The position numbers were made by a program, and so were the translations under genes. This document shows positions 19,724-21,267 of a stretch of 21,267 nucleotides of DNA, one piece after another; positions within the stretch are counted from its first letter, which is position 1; each line of letters opens with the position of its first letter. This DNA comes from a candidate division WOR-3 bacterium (GTDB lineage Bacteria > Hydrothermota > UBA3072 > B12-G15), in NCBI GenBank assembly GCA_965649055.1, contig CBFGJG010000037.1, positions 1 through 21,267 of the forward strand, in the 5' to 3' direction. The notes beneath the pieces are model-generated. The model saw nothing but the letters and a program-made list of their open reading frames with translations. It searched no databases and had not been told where the DNA came from.

Positions 19724-19751
19724 AATTTACAAACTTATAAAAAAAAGTCAA
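19724..19751 (-). promoter_or_regulatory. sigma70-type promoter of comM operon (probably leaderless)
   Basis: Minus strand TTGACT (19751-19746), 16 bp, TAAATT (19729-19724), 6 nt before ATG; no SD. Confidence 0.55.
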
Positions 19752-20000
19752 GATAAATATTTTGAAAGTTAAAAAATTTCAGTTTTCAATTAATCGCATC
19801 ATTCTTTATATTTAATAAGGTATTAACGGATTTTAACCTGTGCATTTTTTTATTTCAAGTTTGGCGGTTTTCTTCACTTCTTTATCCTAATCTCTAAGAA
19901 TCGTTCCCTTCCTTTTTTATCATTCTGAAGGCTTTCAGGCTTCCTACTCTTCTTTTCAAGCCTGTGGGAATTTTAATTTTTTTTCTTTATTCTTTTATTC

Positions 20001-20036
20001 GTCATTGCGAGACTACGAAGTAGTCGTATCAATCCC
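20001..20036. repeat. REP-like palindromic element (GTCATTGCGAG...CAATC type)
   Basis: GTCATTGCGA GACTAC-GAA-GTAGTC GTATCAATCCC: perfect 6-bp stem with GAA loop and outer ATTG/CAAT arms; single copy in window. Confidence 0.5.
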
Positions 20037-20082
20037 ATCCTTTCTACAGGAAAAGTTGAAAATTTATGACTGACCCCAAAAA

Positions 20083-20293
20083 AAAACACTTGACAAATTT
20101 CAATTTTTATGTTAATATTACTAAAACACTTGATTTTTCTTTGTTCTTTGACAATTTTAATAGAATAGCAGGAAGACTTTTATTGAAAATGAATAACTTA
20201 AAAATTTGAAGTTTTGAAGACCTGTAAAAAAGGGGGAGACCTGCGGAAATGCCCTTATAACTTTATGATAATAAGAAGGTTAGACCCCCTGCT
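20083..20293 (+). promoter_or_regulatory. CRISPR leader with promoter and boxA-like element
   Basis: TTGACA (20090-20095), 17 bp, TGn-TAATAT (20113-20118); TGTTCTTTGACAA (20142-20154); AT-rich, directly precedes repeat 1. Confidence 0.7.
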
Positions 20294-21267
20294 GTCTGAA
20301 ACAATGACCCGCTTTTAAGGGGATTGCGACTTTCCTTTCCCGAGCATCGCTGATAAATTCACTAATTTTCATGTCTGAAACAATGACCCGCTTTTAAGGG
20401 GATTGCGACTCCGTGGTCTAAAAACTCGCTAATTTTCATAAGTTCCTCGTCTGAAACAATGACCCGCTTTTAAGGGGATTGCGACTATATCACTATTGAC
20501 CACTATAACGAAGTTGGAATAATGTCTGAAACAATGACCCGCTTTTAAGGGGATTGCGACATCGTCACTATTGCTTATATCGTACTCCAAAATTTCGTCA
20601 AGTCTGAAACAATGACCCGCTTTTAAGGGGATTGCGACTTGATGGAGGTGTTCTATACTCAATTCCACCATGGAATTGTCTGAAACAATGACCCGCTTTT
20701 AAGGGGATTGCGACATTTAATGCCTTAAATAATTCCTTGATGCTTTTAAAAGAGTCTGAAACAATGACCCGCTTTTAAGGGGATTGCGACCTTACAGTGT
20801 GCCCCTTACTAAGGAGCTTCGTCACAACATTCTCAAGTCTGAAACAATGACCCGCTTTTAAGGGGATTGCGACATTATCAGATGAATTGATCAAGTCTTT
20901 ACAACACCTGTCTGAAACAATGACCCGCTTTTAAGGGGATTGCGACCTTACGCGAAGCATCGCTAATAAATTCACTTAACTTCATAGTCTGAAACAATGA
21001 CCCGCTTTTAAGGGGATTGCGACAGGCCGCGTGTCCACTCGCCTGCTATGCTATAGCCGAGTCTGAAACAATGACCCGCTTTTAAGGGGATTGCGACAGT
21101 CTGGAACTTGTTCACCATTAAGTATTCTTCTTATTATGTCTGAAACAATGACCCGCTTTTAAGGGGATTGCGACTAGTCTTCAGCATCTCAATTTCTTTT
21201 CTTAAATCATGTCTGAAACAATGACCCGCTTTTAAGGGGATTGCGACGGATACCCTTCGGCAATCTC
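20294..21267 (+). CRISPR. CRISPR array, type III-like; 13 identical 37-nt repeats, 12 complete spacers (36-46 nt) plus 1 partial, runs off the window end
   Basis: Repeat GTCTGAAACAATGACCCGCTTTTAAGGGGATTGCGAC starts at 20294, 20373, 20449, 20524, 20602, 20678, 20754, 20837, 20910, 20987, 21061, 21138, 21211; CCC/GGG hairpin followed by an 8-nt ATTGCGAC handle as expected for Cas6 processing. Confidence 0.99.

Noticed and set aside
19840..20000. Purine-skewed minus-strand stretch that could be a gene remnant, with a small CTGAA/TTCAG hairpin
   Set aside because: Only short open frames (about 30 aa) with no start/SD or recognisable motif.
20486..20601. Spacers 3 and 4 share TCACTATTG (NSD when read antisense)
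   Set aside because: Only 9 nt shared and flanks do not align; compatible with chance.
20429..20671. 80-aa minus-strand ORF with repeated VAIPLKAGHCFR
   Set aside because: It is the translation of CRISPR repeats and spacers, not a gene.
20331..21267. Self-targeting of spacers within the window
   Set aside because: No extended match to window genes found by eye; only short low-complexity similarities. A genome-wide BLAST is still needed.

Overview
AT-rich, very compact bacterial chromosome segment from a diderm. The T9SS-like C-terminal domain and Omp85 protein suggest an FCB-related lineage such as WOR-3 (inference). In order it contains: a GT2 glycosyltransferase; a secreted S8 subtilase and a neighbouring membrane protein; tRNA-Asp(GUC) followed by a small 4-Cys protein; an operon of arcE-like arginine synthetase, carbamate kinase, isoaspartyl peptidase, a PEGA-like protein and a flippase-like protein; a short serA-like dehydrogenase; and a gapless six-gene minus-strand operon (comM, membrane protein, peptidase-MA/PD40/Omp85 fusion, trmFO, acyl-CoA ligase, GAF-GAF-GGDEF). 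It ends with a leader and a type III-like CRISPR array (13 identical 37-nt repeats, truncated by the window end, no cas genes in view). Most notable: (1) three different spacers are antisense to the start-codon region of one invader gene family (MK[IL]SEF...), with synonymous variation; (2) all four predicted exported proteins start with ultra-short (7-11 aa), uncharged hydrophobic N-termini instead of classical signal peptides; (3) the arcE-arcC-iaaA cluster suggests ATP-yielding catabolism of beta-Asp-Arg/arginine; (4) five predicted promoters have 16-bp spacers, two of them apparently leaderless; (5) the CRISPR leader contains a boxA.
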